Shown here piece by piece: positions 25,401 to 36,965 of a DNA stretch of 64,000 nucleotides (position 1 is its first letter; every line of letters starts with the position of its first letter). Position numbers and translations under genes: made by a program. The notes under the pieces were generated by a model that made no database searches, was not told where the DNA came from, and saw nothing but the letters and a program-made list of their open reading frames with translations. Source of the stretch: Macrostomum lignano (lineage: Eukaryota); contig NIVC01000067.1 in NCBI GenBank assembly GCA_002269645.1, positions 1,054,001-1,118,000 of the forward strand, written 5' to 3'.

Positions 25401-26718
25401 TTATCTTGAATTGTCAACTGCAAGTACACACCTTATCAACGGCCCCCTTATTACCTTGAATTGTCAACTGCAAGTACACACCTTATCAAACGGCCCCTTA
25501 TTACCTTGAATCGCCAACTGCAAGTACACACCTTATCAACGGCCCCCTTATTATCTTGAATTGCCAACTGCAAGTACACACCTTATATAGGACCCCCTTT
25601 TTATCGCCGGCACTTCATCTCCGCTAGCGTCCAGAGTTCGATTGCCGTCCCTGCTGTCATCGTCTTCGGATTCAAATTTCGGTTCCGCGCTTCGAACTCG
25701 CTTCGGCTTCAGCGGCTCGGCCTTGGAGATGTCGCCCGATTTGCTGACTGGCGTTGAGTTCGAAGGATTTGTGTTGCAGCTTCTGCTCAAGCTGCTGTTA
25801 CTGCTGCCCCCGCTGCTGCTGCTGCAACTCCTGCTCCGGTTTGTACCGCTGTTGTGCTGTGTGCCTGCGGGCATGGATTACATAATTGAATCGATTCTTT
25901 TTGTAATAATAATAGCCTAATCTTAATTTATAATGATCAAAATTTGTAGCATGGTATTCCTTTATTTTGTCATTGTAAAGAAAGGTGTGCAAAAATCAGG
26001 AAAGTAGATTAAAAAAAGTAGTAGACTGAGAGAATCTTATAAGTAGGGAGATAAAGATGGAGATGAAGAAATAGAGAGGGGAGACAAAGAGAAGATAGCA
26101 AGATAAAGAGAGGGACATGAAGAGAAGCATGAAGAGAGGGATATGAAGAGGGAGAGACGAAGAGAGGGACATGAAGAGAAGCATGAAGAGAGGGAGATGA
26201 AGAGGGAAAGATAAAGAGAGGGACATGAAGAGAAGCATGAAGAGAGGGATATGAAGAGGGAGAGACGAAGAGAGGGACATGAAGAGAAGCATGAAGAGAG
26301 GGATATGAAGAGGGAGAGACGAAGAGAGGGACATGAAGAGAAGCATGAAGAGAGGGACATGAAGAGAAGCATGAAGAGAGGGAGATGAAGAAAGTGACAT
26401 GAAGAGAAGCATGAAGGGATGAAGATGAAGAGATTAAATCAGCCGGCGGCTTCTCCCCAACCCACGCGCCGTGAGCCAGTGGCTGGGCCTGGCCAGTCTG
26501 AGCGAGGAGATCCGCCTCAGCAACTTCTCGGCCGCCGGCCGTCGGAACTCGGTCACTTTGACTGAGACGCCAATGTCGCTGTCGGATGCAGATTCGGTGG
26601 CTGTGGCTGTGGCTGTGGCGGTGACTGTGGCGGTGTCCTCATAGTCTTCAGCTGAATGTTTCTGGGTAGTCTTCTTCTTTCGCCAGACGTCTCGAATTTT
26701 TGTCAGAATCGACGGCAT
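22443..26718 (-). CDS. Orphan, largely disordered acidic/Ser-rich protein (~560 aa), 4 exons
   Basis: Exons 26718-26466, 25864-25582, 24454-23600 and 22734-22443 total 1683 nt. Phases 1/2/2 match at GT-AG junctions (GTGGGT, GTGTGT, GTGAGC donors). GC-rich coding-like composition; no recognisable domain. Confidence 0.6.
24487..24846 (+). mobile_element. tRNA-derived SINE family B, full length with A-tail and 13-bp TSD
   Basis: tRNA-like head GGGGGCGTAGCCCAGCGGTAG...CTCGATTCC and AATAAAAAAA tail. TSD AAAAGGGATGTCA at 24474-24486 and 24847-24859. Confidence 0.85.
24905..25150 (+). mobile_element. SINE family B, diverged partial copy
   Basis: Shares CCCCAAGGCACAG..AGTGTACATGCC...GCCGCTGTACAC.CTGTGTGAG with 24487-24846. 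Confidence 0.65.
25215..25605. repeat. ~50-bp minisatellite overlapping the exon 2 donor of the orphan gene
   Basis: Unit CCTTATCAACGGCCCCCTTATTATCTTGAATTGTCAACTGCAAGTACACA. Confidence 0.9.
26040..26430. repeat. GA-rich composite repeat (GAAGAGAGGGACATGAAGAGAAGCAT variants)
   Basis: Direct reading. Confidence 0.85.
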
Positions 26719-27102
26719 CTACTGCTTTGCTTGCGAGGCTGTTGATAAGGCAAAAATAATTGACTTTGATGAACAGATAAACAACTGTGTGCGATGGCTT
26801 CGATTTCTTAGCGAACACGATTGCAAAAAATCCACGATAGCTTTGTACCATAGAAACATTTGTTAAGACTTGTCTGCAGATACTATAAAAAATAGTTGCC
26901 ACTCAGAACTAAAGTGGTGAAAAGTAAAGTATCTACTCTGTTTTCAGTAGTTTGTCTGAACAGTGTCACGTAAATTTTATGTGGCAGCAAAAATTTCCTT
27001 TCCTTCCTTGGGGCTGGCGGCCTCAGGAGCATAGGACTCGAGGAGCATATGGGATTAAGAACAAACAACCAGCCTTTAACTGGATGTACACTAGTGAACG
27101 CA

Positions 27103-27265
27103 AGACGGACGAAACTCAGCCTAGGGGGCAGTCTCAATCTAGCTCAGCCAATGAGAGAGCAGCAAGGAGAGAGGACAAAGTTAGACGGACGAAACTCAAC
27201 CTAAGGGGCAGGCCCAATCTTGCTCAGCCAATGAGAAAGCAGTAAGGAGAGAGGCCAAAGTCAGA
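27103..27265. promoter_or_regulatory. 80-bp tandem duplication, each unit with an AGCCAATGAG CCAAT box, upstream of the orphan gene
   Basis: CCAAT at 27148 and 27228, with a GC-rich box at ~27310-27330. Function is inferred. Confidence 0.35.
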
Positions 27266-27989
27266 CATAAGCGGGCAAGACGAAAGCCAAACTATTTATC
27301 GTCCTGACTGGGGGCTGGGGCGCCGCCCCTTTTCTCTTTTGCTCGGTATGCACACCCACTGGATTTGGGTGCAGTGTCAACAGTCAAACAGGATGAAGAT
27401 GCTAATTTAATGGCTCTGCTTCAATAGACGCTGTAATTGTTAGAGCTTCAAAACTTCAAATATCTTTTTGTAAAATAAAAAACTTTTTATTTTATTTTAT
27501 ACATTGCAAAATGCATTGCTACTGAAAAAGAGTCGTTGAGCGAATTTTTACGAGTGACCTATCTACATGTAGCTATTTTTCCAGTTCTAAAGATAGCATC
27601 GACAAAGTTAAAGCTCGGCAGCCTATTCTGAACATGGAATCAATAGTTAATCCAATGTTAAACGACGTGATAATTTAATTGTTGCCGTTAGTCAGGCTAG
27701 GCAGGTAGTAGTTTTGATATTTCTATACAAGAATTACAGTATATTTAAACAATACTATTCAATGAGGCATCGCTAAGAATAGCCAATTCCATAATTTGAC
27801 CTCATTTGGTTCAGTTATGAAATATGTATTCATTCCTTATGCTAATTTTAGAACTCTACACTCGCTTTTTTATCGAGTTGCGGGTGTCTCAGTTTGATAA
27901 AAGACAATCTATATCTTGATTAAAACAAGCTGGGACGTCATTTTCTGAAGTGCTAAGTTAGTTAGTTTCTGGTCTTTCTGGAGTGCTCA

Positions 27990-28545
27990 TGCAGTTTCTG
28001 TAAGCAGCTTGTGAGTTGCTAAACTGGCTACTGGAGTGCTCAGTTTCTGTAAGGAGGTTGTGAGTTGCTAAAGTGGCTACTGGAGTGCTCAGTTTCTGTA
28101 AGCAGTTTGTGAGTTGCTAAACTGGCTACTGGAGTGCTCAGTTTCTGTAAGGAGGTTGTGAGTTGCTAAACTGGCTACTGGAGTGCTCAGTTTCTGTAAG
28201 CAGTTTGTGAGTTGCTAAACTGGCTACTGGAGTGCTCAGTTTCTGTAAGGAGGTTGTGAGTTGGTAAACTGGCTACTGGAGTGCTCAGTTTCTGTAAGGA
28301 GGTTGTGAGTTGGTAAACTGGCTACTGGAGTGCTCAGTTTCTGTAAAGAGGTTGTGAGTTGCTAAACTGGCTACTGGAGTGCTCAGTTTCTGTAAGCAGT
28401 TTGTGAGTTGCTAAACTGGCTACTGGAGTGCTCAGTTTCTGTAAGGAGGTTGTGAGTTGCTAAACTGGCTACTGGAGTGCTCAGTTTCTGTAAGGAGGTT
28501 GTGAGTTGCTAAAGTGGCTACTGGAGTGCTCAGTTTCTGTAAGCA
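27990..28545. repeat. 49-bp minisatellite CAGTTTCTGTAAGGAGGTTGTGAGTTGCTAAACTGGCTACTGGAGTGCT
   Basis: Direct reading. Confidence 0.95.
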
Positions 28546-29319
28546 GTTTGATAAATTATTAAATTAGCTTGCAGTTTTTCCCTGCAAAAGCAGTGTTGAG
28601 CTGTGTGCTTCTTCTAAATTATACTCGTATTTACATTCTGTCCTTAGAATCTCATTGTCCTTTCTAGCTATATTGCTTGGTGCCCAAGCCACACAATATA
28701 CTGGGCTTATACCCGCATGGACAGTATTGAGCACTGGGAGAGGCTCGTCTCTGAAGAGTGGCATATACCCCGGTAGAGCCTGTTTATTAGCTCGTATAAG
28801 CGTACAGTCGCAGGCGTACTGGGCCACAGAAATTTGCTGTTAGGCCGGGCAAGGGCCATCATGCGATAACGTCGCACAACCAGCCATCGGGTTTGAATCG
28901 GTACGGCTAAATAATTCAAACCAACAGTCCTAAAATGGCTTGGGCCAGCGCAGTCATCTTGTGAAGATCATCAGAGATAGCTAATCACTAGCGGTAAGCC
29001 CAACCGGAAGAATTTACTTGCAACAATCTTAGCGCATCAACTATCATTCCTTATAGGCACAGTTCGTTTGCGTCAGAATTTGACTATAAAAATGGATTGT
29101 TAGAATGTCCGGGACAGGTAAGCCTTAGTCGAAATTGCGTAGTTACATCTATGGTTAATAGAGGTAAGTCAGTTTTATTGTTTTTTGTCTATAATTTGGA
29201 CGCGAATGGAAAGGTAAGAGACGGTCTCTGATGAATTCACAATGATACGAAGATTGTGAAGTCATCGCACAGGTTGTGGTGTGCAGAGATCTCATTTCAT
29301 CCGCAAGGACAGTCGTGGA

Positions 29320-30700
29320 GACCGTGTGAGGCTTGTGGGACTTTTAGTAGCTTGTGAGGACCGTGTGAGGACCGTGTGAGGATTGTGGGGACTTTAGTAG
29401 CTTGTGAGAACCGTGTGAGGCTTGTGTGGACTTTAGTAGCTTGTGAGAACCGTGTGAGGCTTGTGGGGACTTTTAGTAGCTTGTGAGGACCGTGTGAGGC
29501 TTGTGGGGACTTTAGTAGCTTGTGAGAACCGTGTGAGGCTTGTGGGGACTTTTAGTAGCTTGTGAGGACCGTGTGAGGCTTGTGGGACTTTAGTAGCTTG
29601 TGAGAACCGTGTGAGGCTTGTGGGGACTTTAGTAGCTTGTGAGAACAGTGTGAGGCTTGTGGGGACTTTTAGTAGCTTGTGAGGACCGTGTGAGGCTTGT
29701 GGGGACTTAAGTAGCTTGTGAGGACCGTGTGAGGCTTGTGGGACTTTTAGTAGCTTGTGAGAACTGTGTGAAGCTTGTGTGGACTTTTAGTAGCTTGTGA
29801 GGACCGTGTGAGGCTTGTGGGACTTTTAGTAGCTTGTGAGGACCGTGTGAGGCTTGTGGGACTTTAGTAGCTTGTGAGAACTGTGTGAGGCTTGTGGGGA
29901 CTTTTAGTAGCTTGTGAGGACCGTGTGAGGCTTGTGGGACTTTAGTAGCTTGTGAGAACTGTGTGAGGCTTGTGGGACTTTAGTAGCTTGTGAGGACCGT
30001 GTGAGGCTTGTGGGGACTTTTAGTAGCTTGTGAGGACCGTGTGAGGCTTGTGGGACTTTTAGTAGCTTGTGAGAACTGTGTGAGGCTTGTGGGGACTTTT
30101 AGTAGCGTGTGAGGACCGTGTGAGGCTTATGGGGACTTTAGTAGCTTGTGAGAACCGTGTGAGGCTTGTGGGACTTTAGTAGCTTGTGAGAACTGTGTGA
30201 GGCTTGTGGAACTTTAGTAGCTTGTGAGGACCGTGTGAGGCTTGTGGGACTTTAGTAGCTTGTGAGAACTGTGTGAGGCTTGTGGGACTTTAGTAGCTTG
30301 TGAGGACCGTGTGAGGCTTGTGGGGACTTTAGTAGCTTGTGAGAACCGTGTGAGGCTTGTGGGACTTTTAGTAGCTTGTGAGGACCGTGTGAGGCTTGTG
30401 GGACTTTTAGTAGCTTGTGAGAACTGTGTGAGGCTTGTGGGGACTTTTAGTAGCTTGTGAGAACCGTGTGAGGCTTGTGGGGACTTTAGTAGCTTGTGAG
30501 AACCGTGTGAGGCTTGTGGGACTTTAGTAGCTTGTGAGAACTGTGTGAGGCTTGTGGGGACTTTTAGTAGCTTGTGAGAATCGTGTGACGCTTGTGTGGA
30601 CTTTTAGTAGCTTGTGAGGACCGTGTGAGGCTTGTGGGACTTTAGTAGCTTGTGAGAACCGTGTGAGGCTTGTGTGGACTTTTAGTATCTTGTGAAGGAC
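29320..30700. repeat. 38-40-bp minisatellite GTGTGAGGCTTGTGGGGACTTTTAGTAGCTTGTGAGGACC
   Basis: Direct reading. Confidence 0.95.
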
Positions 30701-30734
30701 CAACTATGACTATTCCACTGACTTATGAGCACGT

Positions 30735-30880
30735 ACAAGCCCACGCACTCATACGCACGCTCACACAGTATGTACAGCGGCCCTGACTTTCTAATCATCA
30801 GCAGGCATGTACACTCTCTGTGCCTCGGGGGCTGGCCCTCATAGGTGTGAATTGATCGACAACCCCGTGGGCAATTTTCT
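30735..30880 (-). mobile_element. SINE family B, diverged partial copy
   Basis: The reverse complement contains CCCCGAGGCACAGAGAGTGTACATGCCTG...CAGGGCCGCTGTACATACTGTGTGAG. Confidence 0.65.
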
Positions 30881-31163
30881 TGCCTAATATCATCGTTTAC
30901 CGCTGAGATGCTCTGCTCTCCTCCGAATGTGGTCTGTAAGGACTCTTAGCGGGTTGTGAGAATCACATGTAGTGTGCAAGAGTTTCCAAGTTCAGCTTCG
31001 CCTTAATCTAGCTATTTTTGTATTTCATTAACTTCATACGAAATCCTATATGAATAAAGCTGGGAGACCGAACAGGCGGTATTTCAGTTCCTTTTATGTG
31101 CTGACACATGCGCACTAAGCAAACGGAGTGAGACTTTGTCGACGCTTAACTTCAGACGCCTCC

Positions 31164-33828
31164 ATGGGCAACAGCATTGGCAGCGAAAAAATCTCGACAC
31201 CAGAGCTGGCGGACGAGCTGTATCAGGCAGCCAGGCTGGGCCGCCTGTCCGACCTGCGCGCCCTGCTGCACCGTCGGCCGAGCGTCGATCCGAATGGCCG
31301 AACGTCGGCCGGTCGGACGCCGCTGATCGGCGCCGCTCTCGCCGACGCGTGGGAAGCTGCCCAGATGCTGCTGGAGGCTGGCGCCAGGCCGGACGAGCCG
31401 GACTCGGCCAAGCTGGGCGGCTGCACGCCGCTGATGGTGGCGGCTCAGCGGGACGCCCAGGCCGTGGCCGGAGTGCTGCTGCATGCCGGGGCGGACGCCG
31501 ATGCGACCACGCAGCCGGACGGTCAGACGGCGCTGATGTGGTGCTGCCAGGCCGACCTGCCGCGCATGGCCGGCTTGTTAATCTCCCGAGGCGCCCGGGT
31601 CGACCGGCGACGTCAGTTGGACGCGGCGACGCCGCTGATGCTGGCGGCCAGGAACAACTCGGCCAGGGTTGCCGAGCTGCTGCTGGAGCTGGGCGCTGCG
31701 CCGGATTTGCGCGGTCCGGCCGGCTTCACGGCGCTGATGGTCACGGCGCTGGTGGACGCAGTCGACGTGGCCGCTCGGCTGCTGTCGTTTGGCGCCGACC
31801 GGCTGGTGGCCGACTCGGCCGGGAGAACTGCCCTGCACGTGTGCGCCAGGTGGGGAGCTCACGCTTATGGAATTGGCAAATGGCTGATCTGGAAATGCTG
31901 AAGTCATCGTTCAGATTGCGGTGCGCAACGATTTGATTTCGTCTTTGAAGACTGTGTAGGATTGTACGGGATTTGTGATGATTGTGAGAATTGCGTACCA
32001 TCTGTGAGGACTGTGTGAAAGCATCATCCTACAATGCTTACCTAAGCCTATATCTCTAGGGGAGCGGGGCGTAGCCCAGTGGTCTGGCGCGGCGCTCTGA
32101 TGTGCCAGCGGCCCAAGCTCGATTCCCAGCGCAGTCACATTAATTTGGGGCTAAATTGGAATCTCGGCTTGGCTCTGCTCGTGCAATTAACACCCTTGAA
32201 GGGCCAACCCCCAAGGCACAGTGAAGTGTACATGCCTAACGATAAATAAAGTTAGGGCCGCTGTGCACTCCTGTGTGAGTGTGTGCCTGTGCGTATGACT
32301 GCGTACGTATCCGCGCGCTTGTGTGCCTGTACAGGGGAGTCGGTGGAATGGGCAGTAATGATCGATTGTGTATATGGTTTTGGAGGTAGACAATGCCTCT
32401 CGCCGGTTGTTGTGACAGCGCTACTAATAAACAGAGGACTGTGTTGTTTCTCACAAATTTGTGATTTTTGAAGACCGTTAGTAGTTTCTTGTTGAAAGTC
32501 TGTGAATTTTGTGGGGTTCGAGAGGACTTTTTGTGGTTTTTGAGGACCCTGCGCTGTATTTTGCGAATCGTGTGTAGACAGTGAGAAGTTTGTTTGTTTT
32601 TGAAGGATTGTGTGGTTTGGAAATTTGTGTGCCAAGATACTTATTTTCCTGCAATGTCCAAGGCGCTAAAAGCTAGGTACGCGTACCGCATCTGCATCCA
32701 CACCTTCGCCTAACCGCGCCCAGACACGGCAGCCTTCGAGTAGCCCGCCTCCTCCTGGGCTCGGGCGTCGATCCGAACCCGGCGCCGACATCACCGCAGG
32801 ATGGCGGCCACACGCCGGTGACGCTGGCGGCGGCGCACGGCCATCTCGACTGCCTGCGGCTTCTGATCCGGCGGGGCGCCGATTATCTGCACAGATGCGC
32901 GGACGGGCGCGATATCCGGGCTATAGCGGAAGCTTCCGGGTGCGCGCGGACCGCCGAGCTGGCCCGATCGTTGATCGAGGAGTCGCAGAGGTGACACTGA
33001 TTGACGCTTGACCTTGATGACCATTTTAGACATTCAGCCTTTTTTGGAATTATCTATTACGACCATATGCAGCCCCCGTAATGACCGTAAGCTATTTCTT
33101 GAACTAGTTTTTTCTAGTTTGTCTTCATGTTTTCAACGACCAAGGGAAACACCATAGGCTCTGTACAGTATGCGAGTGAATGCAGATACAAAAGTACAAG
33201 TTATCAAAACAAAGCTCATTTGTTAATTTCCAGCCAAAGATCCCATTCTAACCAGACGGAGACCGACTTCAAATGGCTGCACACCCACGAGGATGGCCTC
33301 CGCCCGGAGCTGAAGCCAACGCTGGCCGCCCTCCTGAAGACGGTCAGCGAAGAGGAAGACGAAGTGGAAGAAGGCGGTGGCGGGCAGAGGGCCAAGCGCA
33401 GAAGCAAGATATCTGGCGATGCCTCAGTGCGGCCGGTGCCGCCGCTCGACGCTGCAACTAAAGATTTCAAAGCTACGACGCCAGCGGCTCCGAGCGTCAA
33501 AACGCGCAATGTCGGCAACAATCGACGTTCAAGCGACGCCTCTTTAACTGAAGGTTCGTCTGTCGCAACCGCCAGCGATCGGTCCGACTCGCCGCCGGAA
33601 GAGGACCGCCTGATCGAACAGCTGATCATCAGGAAGCGCATCGTGACCAAAGAGACCAGCGGCCAGCGAGTTGTGTCAGTCAAGGAGGAGCAGCTGGAGC
33701 TGGTCGTTGACTGCGGCGAGATCAGCGAGACAGTTCACGTCAAGAGCGGTGCCCCCGCGATTGCCGCCGCCGCGGCCGCTCGTGGCGCCGATGCTTTCAG
33801 GTCGACAGGCTCGCAATTTTATTCTTGA
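31164..33828 (+). CDS. Ankyrin-repeat protein (~515 aa, about 8 repeats) with N-terminal MGNSIGS and a disordered C-terminus
   Basis: Exons 31164-31849, 32724-32990 and 33234-33828, phases 2/2 matching. Repeated ankyrin motifs GRTPLIGAA, GCTPLMVAA, GQTALMWCC, ATPLMLAA, GFTALMVTA, GRTALHVCAR/HGSLRVARLLL, GHTPVTLAAAHGHLDCLRLLI. Confidence 0.88.
32058..32431 (+). mobile_element. SINE family B, near full-length copy in ankyrin gene intron 1
   Basis: Long near-identity with 24487-24846 (GCAGTCACATTAATTTGGGG..AATTGGAATCTCGGCTTGGCTCTGCTCGTGCAATTAAC), plus a ~30-bp insertion. Confidence 0.85.
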
Positions 33829-34459
33829 GCTTTCTGAGTTTGGTGTAATAGTGAAGTTAATTTCTGCATATTCTACATTTGTGTATACTAAAGTATGATT
33901 AATTCTCCAAACGATCGCTGTACTCTAGAGTAAAAAGTGATAGCTTCTTTCATTAAAGATATTTTTGTGAAATATTTTTCGGGATTTTAATTTACTTCTT
34001 TTTTGGTGAAGAAAAGCCGCTGTCGTGATCAAAGGCGAGGCATGAAAATCTGCGAGCATAGGACAAATATATTTCATTGTTATTAGACAGAGATATAGCT
34101 CGTAAAAAGACACGTAAAGCTGCAGGCTCACTGGCAGTAGAAATGCAGAAGATATTTGTACATTGTACATGTAGTTTTCAATACATATATTTTTTTCATC
34201 GAGTTAATTTGAATCTGACGGCGACGCCACAATAGTATTGGGTTACCTAAAAGAATACAAGAACTACTAGAACTTCAACCATACAATTTTAGGACGTTAA
34301 ATTGTTTCAGAACTGACTTGAGAACAGTCTTTGATTCTTGCACTAGGAAGTAGCTCCCGAATGGCAGACAGATAAGAGATGTGAGCCCGTGGCATCCGGT
34401 TTTACTATTTGGGGGCTCCGGGCCCTAACATAGCCAGGCGTGCTGTGGCACGAAACATA

Positions 34460-35125
34460 CCAGGGGTATCCCAAAAGTTCGTGCAATCGATCGATTTCCA
34501 CCATAGACATCGCTCTAGTGGCTGCAGCTGTCACTATAGCTGCCCTGCCCTCCAATAATTTCCTGCGCACTTGAACTATTTGCCCTTTTCTTATCGTCAC
34601 CACCGCAATTCTCCTCATCACTGTTTTCCTTCCTTGGCCGACGTCGCGGTAATGGGAGATGACCCGCAGAACAAGCAGCGGTGTTACATTAAAACTTAAT
34701 GGCTGCAAGGAACGCCAACTGCACAAGTTCACTGGCGACTTGTAGACGCGTATGGCAAAGATGCACTGTGCTAGCGCGCTGTGTACAAGTGGTAGGTGGC
34801 ATAAGAGCGGCTGCACTTCGAACCTGGACGAGCCGAGATCTGGGAGATCCCGGGCAGTGCAGACCAAGAGCAACGTCGAGCTCATCTGTGGTTTGCTGGC
34901 AGAGCTTAGTGGAATTCTTTCATCCAGCATCCACCGAATTCTCACAGAGGACTTGAGGTCGCCTGTATCAATGCCTGAACGAGCTCTTTAACGAGATCGT
35001 CCGACTTTTGAAACACCAGGGTGATTCGGGTGCTGCAGAGGGCATTCAGAAGTTGCCCGAGTGCTTGGGATGAACCATCGCATTCCTTGCATCCTACTCG
35101 TATTTTGAATCCCTGTGAAAAATCA
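34460..35125 (+). mobile_element. Internally deleted mariner-family transposon remnant
   Basis: TA followed by TIR-like CCAGGGGTATCCCAAAAGTT. Frameshifted N-terminal transposase (DEPRSGRS...SSIHRILTEDL) is joined to a C-terminal piece (EGIQKLPE...SYFE). The catalytic domain and right TIR were not seen. Confidence 0.7.
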
Positions 35126-36965
35126 ACTTCCTGTTGTCCGACACTAAAGTCCATGGCAGGCCCTGGCGCGCGAAGATCTCGCGGAGACAGCCGATTGTCG
35201 TGGTCGACGTCATGCTGGTCAGCTGCTTCATCTCCGGCCACTTGCTGTCCGCGTCGATAAGCACCAGAAAAGTGCGTCCGTCCACTGGCCCAGCAAAGTC
35301 GACGTGCAGTCTGGACCATGGCTCGGATGGGAAGGGCCATGGGTGCACTGGCGAATTGGGTGGATCAGCCCGGCTGGTTTCACATGCTCTGACGTCCAGC
35401 CCAGGCCACCACACGTAGCTGCATGCGCGCGAGCGCTCCCATGCGGCTAGCCCCAGGATGTCGAGCTTAATGCAGTACGCAGAGGACCATCGGGCGGAGT
35501 GCGGACGGAACGAAGGCCCTCGATCCCGAGAATCTTGGAAGAACAGGCACTTGGCCTTGTTTAGTCGAAGGCCAGCGTCCTGAAGACGCTGCAGCACTCT
35601 AGTTAGGTTCTGTTTGTGCTGCTTGCCTGTGACGAGAATGTCGTCGACGAACACCTTGTCGTCTCAATAGATCACCCAATAGCGCTTGCAGAGTACGCTG
35701 GAAGATGGCGCTGGCCGAGTTAATGCCGAAGGGCAGTCTATTGAGTTGAAACAAGACTCTCGATGTTTTGATGACTAGGTAGGCACGGCTCCCCTCGGAC
35801 ATTGGCAGCTGCAAAAACGCGTTCGATAAGTCGAGTTTTGTCTATTTGCATCTTAATAATCTGCTTGACGAAGATGTCCTCTAATCCGTGGCAATGGATA
35901 GTGCTCAGGCTTGGCCGCGGCGTTGAAGGTGAACTTTGTATTCGCCGCAAATGCAAATATCGCCGTTTGCCTTCACCACCGGGATGATTGGAGCAGCCCA
36001 GTTTGAATTCTTGATCTGCGATGATGCCCTTGGCCTCGAGTCGTATCAGCTCCTCGTCCTCTCGTCATCAGTGATTACGGCACATGGCCTGGCCTTGAAG
36101 AATCGTGGCATGGCCTGCTCGTCCACCTGCAGTTTGACTTCGCCGTGGCGATACCACCCAAGTCCGTCAGCGAAGACTTCAGAGAACTGCTGCATCACTA
36201 GGGGTTGCGGAGCTGGAGCTGACTGAGTTGACCTGAGCCACGAGCCTGGATGTGATACCACCCAATCCGTCAGCGAAGACTTCAGAGAGCTAGCTGCTGC
36301 ATCAGGTGGTTGCGGAGCTGGAGCTGACTGAGTTGACCTGAGCCATGATTGCCTGCCAGTCCAACCTTAGTCGAGCCATCCAATCTCGTCCAAGAAGATC
36401 GACATTGGGTCTTTTCATATTACCAATTCCAGAACCAGAATCGGTTCGGAATTCCAAGAAAAACAGCAGTATAACTATTAAACTCTGTTCATATTTGACT
36501 GCCTTAACAACCTAACTTAGCACAATTTTTCACTTTCTTCTTGGCGATTGTCATTCAATAATAAAAACTTTATAGCACGTATCTCCCTCTAGTTATGGAG
36601 ACAAAAAGTTATACTTCACAAATTGGTTCTGGTTCTGGAACCAGAGCAAGCAATATGAAAAGGCCCATTGCCCTGAGAGACACGAGCGGTGGAAGAATTT
36701 GGTTCTAGCCGTTATAACTCACAGAGACCCTTGAATCGCCCAGCAGTTTGAACTGCTCGTTGGGGTACGTGCGCATGAGCACCATCGTGGTGGACTGTAT
36801 AGGCAAGTCCTGGAAGCCTCTCGTCCGCCAACCTCTTCCCGCCAATCAACGTGATGGCTGACCCGGTGTCTAGTTCAAACGGACAACTGCGACCGTCGAT
36901 ATCTAGCGTTACCGTCAGGGATCGGTTTGATCGAGGTCCAACGGAAAGAATCCCGAGCAGCAAAA
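35126..36965 (-). pseudogene. Decayed Ty3/Gypsy LTR-retrotransposon pol (protease, RT, integrase)
   Basis: Protease FELDTGSAITLI and LLGRDW; RT PRFFKARP, RLPFGINSASAIFQR, FVDDILVTG, LRLNKAKC; integrase VWWPGLD, PWSRLHVDFAGP, FARQGLPWTLVSDN. Multiple frameshifts, RNase H missing, ~100-bp tandem duplication at 36150-36348. No LTRs found. Confidence 0.88.
36407..36666. mobile_element. 260-bp MITE inserted in the Gypsy protease, 3-bp TSD
   Basis: Ends GGGTCTTTTCATATT and AATATGAAAAGGCCC, with inner inverted TTCCAGAACCAGAA. ATT on both sides. Removing it restores the protease text VSQGNVDLLGRDW. Confidence 0.8.

Noticed and set aside
29215-29240. GACGGTCTCT resembling part of a flatworm spliced-leader sequence
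   Set aside because: The match is only about 9 nt and there is no following donor or Sm site.
27990-30700. Regular arrays that might be mistaken for CRISPR
   Set aside because: Head-to-tail units without unique spacers, eukaryotic context and no cas genes.
34343-34945. 200-aa minus-strand ORF
   Set aside because: Antisense shadow of the mariner transposase remnant.
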